Below are positions 46,114 to 57,845 of a stretch of 64,000 nucleotides of DNA, in pieces. Source of the DNA: Verrucomicrobia bacterium UBA3624 (lineage in GTDB: Bacteria; Verrucomicrobiota; Kiritimatiellia; RFP12; UBA1067). Position 1 is the stretch's first letter. Each line of letters starts with the position of its first letter. Under the pieces are notes generated by a model. That model was not told the origin of the DNA. It ran no database searches and saw nothing but the letters and a program-made list of their open reading frames with translations. The stretch lies in contig DFLH01000001.1 of the NCBI GenBank assembly GCA_002373695.1, forward strand, positions 114-64,113, written 5' to 3'. Both the position numbers and the translations under genes were made by a program.

Positions 46114-47607
46114 ATGGCAGGACAGGGCTACAATCTATCGCAATCCATGCGGCTGGCGCAGACGCTGGCTCCGCAAATGCGCCAGTCGCTGAAAATGCTC
46201 CAGATGACTTCCATGGAGCTGCGGGCCGAACTTCAGCGCCAGATGGAGCTGAATCCCGTCATAGAAGACGTGCGGAGCTCCGTTGAACGGACGATGTCCG
46301 ACGCGCTGCCCGACGAGCATGCCGGCGGTGCCGTCACGGAACGGGAGCTGGACTTCACGCCAGACGGTTCGGCCGCCGAGGCGACGCTTGGCGCCGACGA
46401 CGGCTACCGCGACTATTTTCTGGGAAACCTCCAGAGTTCGTCCGGAGACGAGGAGGCGAGGTCGCGCAGGCAGCATCTCTTCGACTCCATGGTTCGTACC
46501 GAATCCCTCCAGGAGCATCTGAAGGCGCAGATTCCGCTTTCCGGGATAGCGCCCGCGGACGGCGCCATAGCGGAAACGCTGATAGGCGGCATCGACGACG
46601 ACGGGTATTTTCGCGGCTCCATCCCGGACATAATGATGGTGACCGGCCGGAGCGAGCAGGAGATACTTGGCGTGCTGGCCGAGATACGGCGCTTCGATCC
46701 GCCTGGATGCGGCGCCCGCGACCTGCGCGAATGCCTGCTCGCCCAGATGGAGAAGCTCGAAGATTCGCCTTGGGAGGACGAGGTGCGCGAGCTGATCGCC
46801 AGCCATCTCCCGGATATCGCCGCGCACCGGGAAGGCGCGATATGCCAGGCGCTGAATATTTCCCCGGACGATCTGCAGAAGGCGCTTGCAGAGCTGCGCA
46901 CGCTCGATCCAAGGCCCGGCAGGGCGCTGCGCCCCGCGAACGTGGCCAAGGCCGTGGATGTGGACGGCATGCGCGACTACGTGCGCCCGGAGGTGTTCGT
47001 GACGCCGCAGGGACGGAACGGATGGCGGGCCATGGTGCCGGAGCGGGACCTGCCGGACATCCATATCTCGAAGCGATACCTTGACATGCTGGCAGATCCC
47101 GCGTGCGACGCCGAGACGAAATCGTACATCCGCGAGCGAATCCGCGCGGCCGATGCGCTGCGCATGGCCGTAGCCAACCGGCAGAACACCATCCGCGACA
47201 TAGCGCAGGCTATAATCGAGGCGCAGCCGGACGTGTTCGAGAAGCGGACGATGGATGCGCTGAGGCCGCTGACGATGCAACAGGTGGCCGATGCCGTGGG
47301 AGTGCACGGGACGACAGTGTCGCGCACGGTCCGCAACAAGTACATGGCAACGCCGTTTGGCGTAGTGGAGATGCGGCGGTTTTTCACGTCGGGCATTGCA
47401 ACCGAATCTGGCGAAGCGGTATCGAACACGTCTGTCCAGCATGCGATCCGCGACATGATCGCGCAGGAAGACGCTGCCAGTCCGCTTTCCGACGACCGGA
47501 TCGCCGCGATGCTCAAAGCCAGGGGAATATCCATCGCCCGCCGCACGGTGGCGAAGTACCGCGCCGCCATCGGCATCCCTGGCGCGACAGACCGCCGGAT
47601 CCGGTAG
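46114..47607 (+). CDS. rpoN: RNA polymerase sigma-54 factor
   Basis: Region I: LSQSMRLAQTLAPQMRQSLKMLQMTSMELRAELQRQMELNPVIE. An HTH is present, and the RpoN box is ARRTVAKYR. Confidence 0.93.
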   Translation: MAGQGYNLSQSMRLAQTLAPQMRQSLKMLQMTSMELRAELQRQMELNPVIEDVRSSVERTMSDALPDEHAGGAVTERELDFTPDGSAAEATLGADDGYRDYFLGNLQSSSGDEEARSRRQHLFDSMVRTESLQEHLKAQIPLSGIAPADGAIAETLIGGIDDDGYFRGSIPDIMMVTGRSEQEILGVLAEIRRFDPPGCGARDLRECLLAQMEKLEDSPWEDEVRELIASHLPDIAAHREGAICQALNISPDDLQKALAELRTLDPRPGRALRPANVAKAVDVDGMRDYVRPEVFVTPQGRNGWRAMVPERDLPDIHISKRYLDMLADPACDAETKSYIRERIRAADALRMAVANRQNTIRDIAQAIIEAQPDVFEKRTMDALRPLTMQQVADAVGVHGTTVSRTVRNKYMATPFGVVEMRRFFTSGIATESGEAVSNTSVQHAIRDMIAQEDAASPLSDDRIAAMLKARGISIARRTVAKYRAAIGIPGATDRRIR

Positions 47608-47669
47608 GGGCGCGCGTCCCGCGCGCCCGCTGCGCGGTCGCGACCGCCGCGAGATTAGGCTTGCAAGCC
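47603..47669. repeat. GC-rich palindromic intergenic element (REP-like family member)
   Basis: GGTAGGGGCGCGCGTCCCGCGCGCCC contains the rpoN TAG stop (47605-47607). It is followed by GCGCGGTCGCGACCGCCGCG and the palindrome GGCTTGCAAGCC. Confidence 0.7.
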
Positions 47670-47795
47670 ACGGCGGAGGTTTGATAAACTTGCGCCAAAC
47701 GCAGGGTGGATTGTGCCCTGGAAGGACTGGCATGGACCGGCAGACGGACGATTTTAGAGTGCTCCGCAAGGGGCGGAAACTTTGAGGAGAGCGTG

Positions 47796-50700
47796 ATGAG
47801 GAGAGACGAAACAGAGCCGAGGAAAGGGGTAGGCAACGGCTGGCGCGTCGTGCGCCGGCTTCCTGTCGCTTGCTGTCTCCTGCTTGCGGCTCTCGCGTGT
47901 ACGCGCACGTACGCGTACACGAGGCTCGGAAACGACCGCGTACTTTTGATGAACAACGATACGAACATCTACAACTCCGTATCGTGCCAGGGATACAACG
48001 ACACAGACCAGACCAAGGAGACGTACTGGGTGCATAGCACGGAAAGCCCCGGTTTTAGTTTTAACCTCGGGGTTGGCATGTTTCATACGTTGTTTTCTAG
48101 CGATGGGACGGCACTTTGGCAACTCGACTACTGTCGAGCGCGAAGTAGCATCGCAACTGCTTCTGCGACGAGAAATTATCTACCTTGGGCCGCTTCTTCG
48201 GAATCGGTAACAACGAAGGGATCTTATGCCTTTACCTCCGTAAGCGAGGTTGGAAATATCGTTTTTTGCAACACAACGAATGCCGTAGCATATTCGCCGT
48301 GCATAACGGGGGTGGGTACGGTTTATTTCGATGCCGTCAATAGTTACGTTAATGTTCCGGTTTCGTTTGGTATAGATATTGCGACAAACGTTTTGTCTGA
48401 AGCCGATGAGGATGTGAATTTATGGTCTACCAACTATAATCAATTTGCATGGTTTGCCTGCCCATTTGATGTTCTTACTAAGACAGATAATGGAGTGTGG
48501 GGTGTTATAACCGATTTGGCGGCAACTGGCGTTACGGATTTTTCGCTTGCGTGTACCAAGGGCAACAGTAAGATGTTTTATAGAATCCGCGCTAACGTGT
48601 ATTCCTTTCTGAACGGGTATCGGGGAAATGTTAGGTTTCGGATTGTTCGCAAGAGTTCAAATGGCACGACGTTAGACGCAAACTTCTTGCTCGTTGACAA
48701 CATTGTCGCCTCCTATCCGCCTATGACGACGGAGATTGCGCCGGCGGGCACGTACGATACTTCCGCAGAGGGTGCCAACGTCACCGGCTACGAAGGTGCC
48801 TTCAATCCGCCTTTCCTTTCCGCCGGGGCGACGAACGTCCATACTCTGGCGTACTGCTCCTATGTCACGAACGGATGCGAGACGATAGAAGACCTGGAGT
48901 CAGCCTTCACCGTTTCCAACGTGCATGTCGTCGGAAGGTGGCGTTACCTGAACCAGGCCGCCGGCGACTGGCAGACCAACGCGCTTGCCGTCTCCGGCAG
49001 GCAGATATATTCTACAGCCGGCTTCAATCTGCCTGACAAGGTTGGAGATTGGGAGTTCTATTTTACGGCAGACCAGTCTGCGCCGCACTACGTGCCGGTG
49101 GACTATACGGATGGGACCGCAACGGGAACCGCCTATGGCAACGGATGGACCGAAGAGCTGACAAATATCGTCTGCCGGGCCAACTTCGCCAGATCCCAGC
49201 CCTCCGGCGGCACGGACTGGTTTGCCAGAATCCGCGAAGGCGCCAGCGATTACGAGTACGTTTCCCTCGTCGGGCAGATAACGACCAACAACGTCTGGGG
49301 CGTGGACATGCATACCGTCGAGAACAACGACGGCGATCGCATGGAGCTGACTGGCGACCATACGTGGCGGTATCATTTCTACGTTCCGACCAATGCGGTG
49401 GGCGAGCGCGTGCGCTTCCACTTCGAGGGCCGCCGCCTCTACACGAACGATACGCCATTCGTCTACCACTCGGAAACGAACGTCTGGTATGCCAACAGCA
49501 CCAACGTGCCGTATCTCCCGTACACCGTGGCGGCCACGGGAAATACCGACATAGAGCTGACGCTTGACGACGCCAGCACGCATCTGCTGTTCGAATTCAA
49601 CGACGATCTAGGCTCATTCTCCATCTCGCACGCCACATACCAGAATTTCAACCTGTGGTCCGACGCCGTGGACGACTACCGCGGCGACTACACGTCCACC
49701 ACCGGCGTTTCCGACGTCAAGCGCAGATTCGACGCCGCCATCCAGGATTGGGATCCCACATCGTTCGCGCGGCCCGCCCTCTGGCGCGAAGCCTTCGACG
49801 CGGAAGCCGGCGATTCCAGGTATCCGCTCGGCGTGTTCAGATCGTCCTGGCAGACTCCGAACGGATGGAGCGCGGAGAACGGCATGTTCACCCTCCGGCG
49901 CCGCGGCGAAACTGGCATTGCGTTCCAGATGCAGGGGCAGGGGCTCGGCACTCTTTCGCTGGACAAGCTTTCGTCGTCGGCCATTCCACGCGGCATCGGC
50001 GAAGTCCGTTTCACCGCTCGCGTCGCGCAGAACCCCGATTTCAACGATTTCGACTACTACTTCCTGGGCGGAAGCGAGAAGAACTACGCCATCAGCGCGA
50101 AGACGACGATGAGCCGGCTGTACGTCGACAACACGTACAGCCCGTCCGACATTTCGCCTACGACGCCGTCCGTTTCTCTCGTCGGCTACCTGCGCGGCCA
50201 GCGCGACGGCTGCTACGAGTTCCGGGTTTCGCGGACTGGCGAGCGCGAACTGACCGCCGCGATCTACCGCTGGAAGAACCTTGCGGCCACGTGTCTGGCC
50301 TCGAACATCATCTACACCGGATCGGCCGGCGTCAGCACCGAACAGAAGAACACGTACGGGGTCGGGCGCACCATCAACACGGACAGCTCCAGCAGCGCGA
50401 CGCCCAATCTCAACCCCGCGTTCTACAATGCCGACAACAACCTGCTCGTCCCCAAGAACGCATCCGGCATCAACAACTGGACTGTCATGTGCTTCTCGCT
50501 GTACACGTCGGAAAATGGCGTACGGCTCGACGGATACCTCTCCAACACGCGCAACACGTACGATCTGAAAGACGACGTCTCCCGCGTGAGACGCGTGGTG
50601 GCGTACGAGGATACGAGTGCCGGCCGCATCAAGGCAGGCACCTTTGGCGTCGGATCCGTGGGGTGCCAGGCGGCATTCGCTCGCATGTACCAGCATGCGT

Positions 50701-53700
50701 TCAACGACGAGTCCGACTGGACGATGGGCATCAACACTACGGGAACGGCGCTCAGCAGCGCCACCAGATCCCTGGACGAATGGGACTATCTCGAAGACCG
50801 CTGGCGGCAGCTCGCCGCAGGCGAGACTGCAAGTTATGGCGCGTCGGGATTCATCGCGCAGATTCCCACGAACCAGACGGTAAAACTGCTGTTCGCGAAG
50901 CAAGACGGCGGATGGTTCGACAGCGGCTACGAGCAGATAGTGGACTCTTTCGCTACGAACACGTTCTCGTTCGCGCCGTGCGTGTCGCCCAGCTACATGG
51001 TGCGTCTGCAGGCCGGCGGCACCACTGAAGACGTGCGGACCGACATAGTGGTGGACGACGTGGAGGTGCTGGCGTGGCGCGGCGTGGACATGGACGACCT
51101 CTCGTCCAAGGACGGCCGTCCTGAAGAATGGGTCTATACGATGGGATCGGTGGAATCGACCGTGGATATCGAAGGCAGCCCGTATCTGCTGAATCCGGCC
51201 GGCACCAACGGCTACGTCTACGTGTTCACGAACGCCGGAAGCACGGTCACGTTCAAGCCGACGATGGATACGATCATCGACCGTGTGCTGCTGGTGAGCG
51301 GCAGCGGCGTGGTGAACGAGCAGAACTGGTCGGCTTCGCCTGTGACGCAGAAGACGAACACGACGGTCAGAATCGTGGTAGGCAGCTCGAACAAGGTGTC
51401 CACGGTGACCGGAATCACGGGGAAGGGGACGATCACGGCGTCCGCCGGCAACCCCGCGTCGCGTACGAGCGACATAACGGGGGAGACCGCCACATATGGC
51501 GGCGTTCGCGGCCAGGCGCGTGTGATTCTGCGCGTGCGCAACGCCAGCAAGGTGTGCGTGCTCCAACCCGCCAGGAACTATCCGCTCGACGATTCGTCGC
51601 ACCCCGGAATGGACTATCCGATGAGCCTGCGTTCCCCCTACATGGGCAACGGCCTTTCGGTGTTCAGCTTCTCGTATCTCAATGCGCACACGAACGCGAA
51701 CCTGCTGCTGCAGATATGCACCAACATGACCGAGGCCGGCGAATCCTACACGCCTACGATGCGTTCGGCGAGCGACACCACGTATTGGACGACGGTGACG
51801 AACTGGTCGTTCGCGAACATGGACGACGACAAGAGGGCAAGCGGCACGCTGGCGTACTTCATGAGCCTTCGCGCGCCGTGTTCCGGCCTGATGCGCCTTG
51901 TCGTCGATCCGGCCGTAGTGTCCAACGCCCTGTCGCAGGCGGAGGACGGGCGCGATCTGGACTATGGCAAGGTAATGGTCACGAAGGTGTTCTGCTACGA
52001 CGAACCGGCGCTGGACATGCGCTCCTGGTGGGGATGGAACCTGTACACGGCAGGCTGGGACGCCACCTCGTCGCAGCCAGGGCCGTGGGCCTACCTTACG
52101 GATTCGCCAAGCGGCCTCTCCTGCTCCCTGAACTTCTCGGCCCTGGTCAGCGACAACAGCAAGACCGATCTCGCGAATACGTATGGCGTGGGGCTGGCGA
52201 ATCCAGACCGTGAAGAGGACTACAAGAAGAACAATCCGTTCGTGCAGTGCCCTGCCATGACGAACGGCATCGGAAGCATCAGCTTCCGGGCAAGGACTTT
52301 CGAGACGAACGCGACGGCCCGTCCGTCTGTGGTCGTCCTCTACGGCACGAGCGAGCCGGATGCGTACCAGGCGGACGACTACGGATGGCAGAGCTGGACG
52401 CGCCTGGCCGAATTCATCGTATCCAACAACACGTACCAGACGTACTCGTGGAAGACGAACCTCCTGAACAGCCCGTATCAGGCCATGCGTCTCGAAGTGG
52501 GCGCCGCCCGCCACGGGCGCAGCAAGCCTGCGGCGTCCGGCACGGTGAAGGGCTGGGAAACGCCCGTTTCCACGAACAGCGTGGATTACTGGCCGATCCA
52601 GCGCGTGTTCCTGGACGAGGTGTCCGCGTCCGAGCCTGTCGCGCCGAGGTTGAAGTTCTTCGACGTGCGGCCGTTCCGTTCGAATCTCGCCGGCGGCGCT
52701 TCGGTGGCCATCACGAACATCAACGACAAGGACGAGCAGCCTCTCCTTGGCGAGTCGTGGGGGATACAGGCGCGGATCGAGCCGCAGCAGATGTCCGACG
52801 AGCTCGATCTCGACAGCCTGCGCGTGTTCATGGCCGCGTACAAGGGCAGGAGCCCGTGGGGCTATGCCAAGTGGATGAACGAGGCGTCGTGCGTCCAGGC
52901 CGAGCTGCAGTGCGTGGATGCCACAAACCACATCTTCCGCAGCACGTACGACAATCCCGCCAGCGTGATGGCGCCTTTGGAGGCGATGAGCGCCGCCGAT
53001 CCGTATGCCGTCGTGCAGTACCACGTGTGGGCGACGTACACAAGCAAGGATTCGCCGGTGACGAACCGCTACGATCTCGAATCCGCCGACTGGGTCCAGC
53101 CGTCCTGGTACTGGCCTGTCGACTACAACGAGACGTACGGCCTGGGATTGAAGGCCAACTTCAGCGCCTATGCGATCTTCGACACCATCTCGCCGGGACG
53201 CGCCTGGTTCAACGAGATGAACTTCAATGACGAATACAGCAAGAACCGCCAGTTCATCGAGGCCGTCGTGCCGGAGAACGTCAATCTCGCCAGGTGGAAG
53301 GTGCGCCTTACGGAAAAGTCCCTTTCGCAGCGCGTGATCGTTTCCTTGGGCGTTTCCAGCGATGCCACGTTCACGTCCAAGACGGGCAGGAAGCCGAACA
53401 TCGACTCCACGAACCATTTCACGGTCGTGGCGCTGGGCACCCCGGCCGGCAAGAGCGACGGGTCGTTCGCCAGCGGGGAGCTGGACGGCTACTGGGAAAA
53501 CATCACGGACTCGTCGATGGCGATTACGCAGGGCAAGCTTGACCGCTGGAACACGTACGGCCTGGAGCTTATAAGGCCGAGCGGCGTGGTGGAGCACCAG
53601 GTGGTGATCCAGGGCACGAACGGCCTTGCAGGTACGATCTTCGAGGCGGGTGGTTCCGGAACGAACGTTCTGGCCAAGATACTGGAAAAGGACGGTGCGG

Positions 53701-54917
53701 CGTCCAACTGGTTCTATGCCGGCGAGGAGCTCGGCGACAAGGAGCGCACGATCGGAGTGTGGCGCGGCCATGGCGAGAAATCGTGGCAGGGCGGCGCCAC
53801 ATGGACGAACGACCTTACGGCCACGCCTGGCGAGCTCAACCTGCGCAACGGCGCGCGCCAGACGATAGACAAGTGGCTGCTGGACCCGAACGGCACGAAC
53901 GTGTGGATCTACGCCAAGGTGCTGGGGCAGCACGTGTGGCAGTATGTGGACGGCAACCTCGCCAGTTCCAACCGCAATGCGGTGATGGTGGTGCCGATCA
54001 ACAGCTCCACCAACATCCGTTATATCGTAGATGCGTGGTACGAACTGGCCAACTGCACCGTGAACGAAACCAACAAGGTGACTCCTTCCGCCGTGGCCGG
54101 TGCCAAGCGCACTTTCGAGATCAAGCTGAACGATATCAAGGAGACGCAGAACGTGAGCGTGGGAGAAGCCGCCGACAGCAGGCTTCTTTCCAGGTGGAAC
54201 CTGGCGGCGGACGATCCGTACAGCCCTGCGATCCTGCACTGGCTGCTCGAAAAATGGCCAGACAACGATCCTGACGACATAAGCCTGGCGGAGTTCTGGC
54301 CGCTTTCGGCGCAGGGGCGTCCGCCGGAGAGCAAGCTGGAGCATCTGAGCCTGAGGGACATGTACTGGCTTGACATTTCCCCGGTGCAGAGCAACTGGGT
54401 GCTCATAGCAGGCATGGGCGGCTGGGGGCAGGGGCCTGGCGGAAGCCCCGCCGTGGAGCCGGTCGTCATATCCAAGGACGGCGAGGAGTACACGAACGTG
54501 ATAGTGACGGTGTCGATGATGATCACCAACACGCTCTCCGGCGACCATCATCCGCCGTACACGATCCAGGGTCTGCGCCCAGGATCGTCGAGCGCGGACG
54601 AGTTCGCGGGAATGAGCGGCAACTGGACGAGTGCCACGTTCAAGGTGACTGGCGCCCTGCAGATTCCAGGCGAGAGCGACAGGTTCAGGCCGCTGCAGTG
54701 GTTCGTGTTCGACGAGAATTCGTTCGACGACAACGGAATGGCCCGCATAGAGATTCCCGACCAGACGAAGGTCGGCACGGCAGGCTACAACTACCGCTGG
54801 TACAATTTCTTCGGCACGCCCGTCTTCTACAGGTGGTCGCTCGATGAGAATCCGTCCGACCTGCTTTCCACCAAGCTGCTGAATTCCAATTCCGTACATA
54901 CCGTCATCTCACCCTGA
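47796..54917 (+). CDS. Giant (2,373-aa) secreted protein of unknown function with several MAM/CBM-like beta-sandwich modules
   Basis: GAGGAG is the RBS. Signal peptide: [21 protein letters not shown]. The frame is uninterrupted for 7.1 kb. The protein is rich in Trp, Tyr, Asn and Thr. Recurrent module starts match G-x-G-x-(V/I)-x-F, and module ends match (V/L)D(D/N/E)(V/I). Confidence 0.8.
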   Translation: MRRDETEPRKGVGNGWRVVRRLPVACCLLLAALACTRTYAYTRLGNDRVLLMNNDTNIYNSVSCQGYNDTDQTKETYWVHSTESPGFSFNLGVGMFHTLFSSDGTALWQLDYCRARSSIATASATRNYLPWAASSESVTTKGSYAFTSVSEVGNIVFCNTTNAVAYSPCITGVGTVYFDAVNSYVNVPVSFGIDIATNVLSEADEDVNLWSTNYNQFAWFACPFDVLTKTDNGVWGVITDLAATGVTDFSLACTKGNSKMFYRIRANVYSFLNGYRGNVRFRIVRKSSNGTTLDANFLLVDNIVASYPPMTTEIAPAGTYDTSAEGANVTGYEGAFNPPFLSAGATNVHTLAYCSYVTNGCETIEDLESAFTVSNVHVVGRWRYLNQAAGDWQTNALAVSGRQIYSTAGFNLPDKVGDWEFYFTADQSAPHYVPVDYTDGTATGTAYGNGWTEELTNIVCRANFARSQPSGGTDWFARIREGASDYEYVSLVGQITTNNVWGVDMHTVENNDGDRMELTGDHTWRYHFYVPTNAVGERVRFHFEGRRLYTNDTPFVYHSETNVWYANSTNVPYLPYTVAATGNTDIELTLDDASTHLLFEFNDDLGSFSISHATYQNFNLWSDAVDDYRGDYTSTTGVSDVKRRFDAAIQDWDPTSFARPALWREAFDAEAGDSRYPLGVFRSSWQTPNGWSAENGMFTLRRRGETGIAFQMQGQGLGTLSLDKLSSSAIPRGIGEVRFTARVAQNPDFNDFDYYFLGGSEKNYAISAKTTMSRLYVDNTYSPSDISPTTPSVSLVGYLRGQRDGCYEFRVSRTGERELTAAIYRWKNLAATCLASNIIYTGSAGVSTEQKNTYGVGRTINTDSSSSATPNLNPAFYNADNNLLVPKNASGINNWTVMCFSLYTSENGVRLDGYLSNTRNTYDLKDDVSRVRRVVAYEDTSAGRIKAGTFGVGSVGCQAAFARMYQHAFNDESDWTMGINTTGTALSSATRSLDEWDYLEDRWRQLAAGETASYGASGFIAQIPTNQTVKLLFAKQDGGWFDSGYEQIVDSFATNTFSFAPCVSPSYMVRLQAGGTTEDVRTDIVVDDVEVLAWRGVDMDDLSSKDGRPEEWVYTMGSVESTVDIEGSPYLLNPAGTNGYVYVFTNAGSTVTFKPTMDTIIDRVLLVSGSGVVNEQNWSASPVTQKTNTTVRIVVGSSNKVSTVTGITGKGTITASAGNPASRTSDITGETATYGGVRGQARVILRVRNASKVCVLQPARNYPLDDSSHPGMDYPMSLRSPYMGNGLSVFSFSYLNAHTNANLLLQICTNMTEAGESYTPTMRSASDTTYWTTVTNWSFANMDDDKRASGTLAYFMSLRAPCSGLMRLVVDPAVVSNALSQAEDGRDLDYGKVMVTKVFCYDEPALDMRSWWGWNLYTAGWDATSSQPGPWAYLTDSPSGLSCSLNFSALVSDNSKTDLANTYGVGLANPDREEDYKKNNPFVQCPAMTNGIGSISFRARTFETNATARPSVVVLYGTSEPDAYQADDYGWQSWTRLAEFIVSNNTYQTYSWKTNLLNSPYQAMRLEVGAARHGRSKPAASGTVKGWETPVSTNSVDYWPIQRVFLDEVSASEPVAPRLKFFDVRPFRSNLAGGASVAITNINDKDEQPLLGESWGIQARIEPQQMSDELDLDSLRVFMAAYKGRSPWGYAKWMNEASCVQAELQCVDATNHIFRSTYDNPASVMAPLEAMSAADPYAVVQYHVWATYTSKDSPVTNRYDLESADWVQPSWYWPVDYNETYGLGLKANFSAYAIFDTISPGRAWFNEMNFNDEYSKNRQFIEAVVPENVNLARWKVRLTEKSLSQRVIVSLGVSSDATFTSKTGRKPNIDSTNHFTVVALGTPAGKSDGSFASGELDGYWENITDSSMAITQGKLDRWNTYGLELIRPSGVVEHQVVIQGTNGLAGTIFEAGGSGTNVLAKILEKDGAASNWFYAGEELGDKERTIGVWRGHGEKSWQGGATWTNDLTATPGELNLRNGARQTIDKWLLDPNGTNVWIYAKVLGQHVWQYVDGNLASSNRNAVMVVPINSSTNIRYIVDAWYELANCTVNETNKVTPSAVAGAKRTFEIKLNDIKETQNVSVGEAADSRLLSRWNLAADDPYSPAILHWLLEKWPDNDPDDISLAEFWPLSAQGRPPESKLEHLSLRDMYWLDISPVQSNWVLIAGMGGWGQGPGGSPAVEPVVISKDGEEYTNVIVTVSMMITNTLSGDHHPPYTIQGLRPGSSSADEFAGMSGNWTSATFKVTGALQIPGESDRFRPLQWFVFDENSFDDNGMARIEIPDQTKVGTAGYNYRWYNFFGTPVFYRWSLDENPSDLLSTKLLNSNSVHTVISP

Positions 54918-54928
54918 GCAGGCAAATC

Positions 54929-57529
54929 ATGTCCGAATACAACTACGCGGTCATAGAGAAGAAGTGGCAGAAGTATTGGCTCGACCACAAGACGTTCAAG
55001 ACACCAGACCATGTTGAAGGCAAGAAGAAATTCTACTGCCTGGACATGTTTCCCTATCCGAGCGGGGCGGGGCTCCACGTGGGACATCCCGAGGGATATA
55101 CCGCCACCGATATCCTTTGCCGCTACAAGCGGATGAAGGGCTTCAACGTCCTGCATCCGATGGGTTGGGACGCATTCGGCCTGCCTGCGGAGCAGTACGC
55201 CGTGGAAACCGGCACCCACCCTGCGGTAACCACGAAGAAGAACGTCGACCGTTTCCGCGAGCAGATACGGGCGCTTGGCTTCAGCTACGACTGGGACCGC
55301 GAGGTGAACACCACAGATCCTGGGTACTACAAGTGGACGCAGTGGATATTCGAGAAGCTCTACGAGAAGGGGCTTGCGTACGTGGCCGAGGTGCCTGTCA
55401 ACTGGTGCCCCGCCCTGGGGACGGTGCTCGCAAACGAGGAAGTGATAGACGGCCGCTCCGAACGCGGCAACCATCCTGTGATCCGCCGGCCGATGCGCCA
55501 GTGGATGCTGAAGATCACCGCCTACGCCGAACGTCTGCTGGAAGGGCTTGAGCATCTCGACTGGCCGGAGGGCATCAAGGAGATGCAGCGCAACTGGATC
55601 GGCAAGTCCACCGGCGCGGAGGTGGATTTCAAAATGAAATTTACCATGGGCGGGGGTGCTGGGGCGCCAGAGCTCCCGTCCGTTGTCACCGTCTACACCA
55701 CCCGTTGCGACACGCTATTCGGGGCCACGTACATGGTGATGAGTCCCGAACACCCGTTCATAGCCAGATGGCTGGAGGAGGGGCTGCTCGCGAACGCCGA
55801 AGAGGTGAAGGAATACAGGCGGAAGGCGGCGTCGAAAAGCGATCTGGAACGTACGGAGCTGAACAAGGACAAGACGGGCGTGAAGCTGGAAGGCGTGACG
55901 GGCGTCAACCCGGTGAACGGCGTAGAGCTGCCTATCTTCATCTCCGACTACGTGCTTGCGAGCTATGGCACGGGGGCGATCATGGCAGTGCCCGCCCATG
56001 ACGATCGCGACTGGGCCTTCGCAAAGAAATTCGGCCTGCCTATCATCGAGGTGGTGCGTCGTGCCGGAGACGTGGAATCTTTGCCGCTTCAAGCCGCTTT
56101 TACGGACTGCGCCACGGGAACGATGGTGAACAGCGGCTTCATCACCGGACTTTCCGTCGAAGATGCCAAGGCGAAGATGATCGCCTGGCTGGAAGAAAAA
56201 GGCGTCGGCCACGCCAAGACGCAGTACAAGCTGCGCGATTGGCTTTTCAGCCGCCAGCGCTACTGGGGCGAGCCGTTCCCGGTCATCCACATGGCCGATG
56301 GCAGCACGAAGCTCGTGCCTGCGGAGGATCTGCCGCTTACGCTTCCCGAGCTTGCCGACTACAAGCCTACGGGTACGGGCGAGCCGCCGCTCGCAAAGGC
56401 GGCGGAATGGGTCAACTACACCGATCCCAAGACTGGCGAGAAGGGCGTGCGCGAGACGAACACCATGCCTCAATGGGCCGGCAGCTGCTGGTACTACCTG
56501 CGCTATATCGACCCGCACAACGATGCCGCTTTCGCGGATCCCGCCAAGCTGAAGGAATGGCTGCCGGTCGATCTCTATGTCGGAGGCGCGGAACATGCGG
56601 TACTGCATCTGCTCTATTCCCGCTTCTGGCACAAGGTGCTGTTCGATCTCGGCCTGGTGCCGACGGACGAACCGTTCCAGCGGCTGGTCAACCAAGGCAT
56701 GATCCTCGGCATGGCGTACAAGACGTCGCGTGGCGTCCTTGTGCCGATGGACAAGATCACATGGCGCGAGGGCAAGCCATACGGCGCGGAAGACGGCGGC
56801 GAGGAGGAGCTGCTGACGGAATTTCCGGCGAAGATGTCGAAATCCCTGAAGAACGTCATCAACCCGGACGACGTGATACGCGATTACGGAGCGGATTCGC
56901 TGCGCCTCTACGAGATGTTCATGGGGCCGCTGCAGGCTGTGAAGCCGTGGTCCACGAAAGGTGTCGAGGGCGTGTTCCGTTTCCTGAAGCGCGTCAACAA
57001 GCTCGTGACGGAAACGCCGATCGCGGACCGTCCGCTCACCAAGGCGGAGGCGAAGGTGCTGAATGCGACCGTGAAGAAGGTTGGAGAGGATCTGGAGTCG
57101 CTCAACTTCAACACGGCCATATCTGCGATGATGGTGTTTCTCAACGAGTTTCCGGCAACGACCGGGGGTTCTGGCGCCCCCGAACCCCTGCCAAGGGAAG
57201 CTGTTGAAAAGTTCGTGCTCTGCCTGGCGCCGTTCGCGCCGCATCTGGGGGAGGAGCTGTGGCAGTTCCTTGGCCATGCCGGCACGCTTGCCTACGAACC
57301 TTTCCCCGCATACGATCCGGCGGCACTCGTCGAGGACGAAGTGGAAATCCCCGTGCAGGTGCTAGGCAAGTTGCGCGGGCGCGTCACCGTCCCGGCCACG
57401 GCGGACGCGGCGGCAATGCGCGCCGCAGCCGAGGCGAACCCGGACGTCGCCAGGTTCCTTGCTGGCAAAACGATAGTCAAGGTTGTCTGCGTTCCGAAGA
57501 AGATGGTCAACTTCGTCGTTAGACCCTAA
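54929..57529 (+). CDS. leuS: Leucyl-tRNA synthetase
   Basis: The HIGH motif is in [16 protein letters not shown] and the KMSKS motif reads KMSKS. The architecture is full-length. Confidence 0.96.
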   Translation: MSEYNYAVIEKKWQKYWLDHKTFKTPDHVEGKKKFYCLDMFPYPSGAGLHVGHPEGYTATDILCRYKRMKGFNVLHPMGWDAFGLPAEQYAVETGTHPAVTTKKNVDRFREQIRALGFSYDWDREVNTTDPGYYKWTQWIFEKLYEKGLAYVAEVPVNWCPALGTVLANEEVIDGRSERGNHPVIRRPMRQWMLKITAYAERLLEGLEHLDWPEGIKEMQRNWIGKSTGAEVDFKMKFTMGGGAGAPELPSVVTVYTTRCDTLFGATYMVMSPEHPFIARWLEEGLLANAEEVKEYRRKAASKSDLERTELNKDKTGVKLEGVTGVNPVNGVELPIFISDYVLASYGTGAIMAVPAHDDRDWAFAKKFGLPIIEVVRRAGDVESLPLQAAFTDCATGTMVNSGFITGLSVEDAKAKMIAWLEEKGVGHAKTQYKLRDWLFSRQRYWGEPFPVIHMADGSTKLVPAEDLPLTLPELADYKPTGTGEPPLAKAAEWVNYTDPKTGEKGVRETNTMPQWAGSCWYYLRYIDPHNDAAFADPAKLKEWLPVDLYVGGAEHAVLHLLYSRFWHKVLFDLGLVPTDEPFQRLVNQGMILGMAYKTSRGVLVPMDKITWREGKPYGAEDGGEEELLTEFPAKMSKSLKNVINPDDVIRDYGADSLRLYEMFMGPLQAVKPWSTKGVEGVFRFLKRVNKLVTETPIADRPLTKAEAKVLNATVKKVGEDLESLNFNTAISAMMVFLNEFPATTGGSGAPEPLPREAVEKFVLCLAPFAPHLGEELWQFLGHAGTLAYEPFPAYDPAALVEDEVEIPVQVLGKLRGRVTVPATADAAAMRAAAEANPDVARFLAGKTIVKVVCVPKKMVNFVVRP

Positions 57530-57589
57530 GACCCAAGGGGCGCATCCGCGAATCGTGCAGGTTGGCATGATTGTGTGCAAAAAAGGCCA

Positions 57590-57618
57590 TTGACCGGTAC
57601 GGCCGGATGTGCTAAACT
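57590..57618 (+). promoter_or_regulatory. Sigma70-type promoter for the tRNA pair (TTGACC-17 bp-TAAACT)
   Basis: TTGACC at 57590-57595 and TAAACT at 57613-57618. The tRNA-Ser 5' end is 16 nt downstream of the -10. Confidence 0.5.
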
Positions 57619-57633
57619 ACGCCCTGCTTTCGA

Positions 57634-57723
57634 CGGAGAGGTGGCAGAGCCCGGTTGAATGCACATGACTCGAAATCATGCATACCGCAAGGTATCGGGG
57701 GTTCGAATCCCTCCCTCTCCGCC
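57634..57723 (+). tRNA. tRNA-Ser (anticodon CGA), CCA encoded
   Basis: Acceptor GGAGAGG/CCTCTCC. Anticodon stem CATGA/TCATG with loop CTCGAAA. Long variable arm ATACC-gcaa-GGTAT. T-loop TTCGAAT. Confidence 0.9.
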
Positions 57724-57726
57724 AAC

Positions 57727-57800
57727 AGCGGGCGTAATTCAATGGCAGAATAGGAGCTTCCCATGCTTCTTACGAGGGTTCGATTCCCTTCGCCCGCTCC
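57727..57800 (+). tRNA. tRNA-Gly (anticodon CCC), CCA encoded
   Basis: Acceptor GCGGGCG/CGCCCGC. D-stem ATTC/GAAT. Anticodon loop TTCCCAT. T-loop TTCGATT. Confidence 0.9.
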
Positions 57801-57820
57801 ATTTTTTTGGGGGGGGGGGG
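57801..57820 (+). repeat. T7 run directly followed by a G12 homopolymer
   Basis: Read directly after the tRNA-Gly CCA: TTTTTTTGGGGGGGGGGGGcaggtg. Confidence 0.9.
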
Positions 57821-57845
57821 CAGGTGTAAAACCTGTCATGTTTTC

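Noticed and set aside
47728-47743. A possible sigma-54 promoter (TGGCATggaccGGCAg) upstream of the giant gene, right after rpoN.
   Set aside because: The -24 GG is present, but the -12 element does not give GC at the canonical spacing of TGGCAC-N5-TTGC. The match is too weak to call.
49614-54899. A 1,761-aa ORF on the minus strand, antisense to the giant gene.
   Set aside because: The product is Arg/Ala/Gly/His-rich with no recognisable domains, and it lies entirely inside a sense ORF that has a signal peptide and an RBS. Long antisense ORFs are an expected artefact of high GC3 codon bias.
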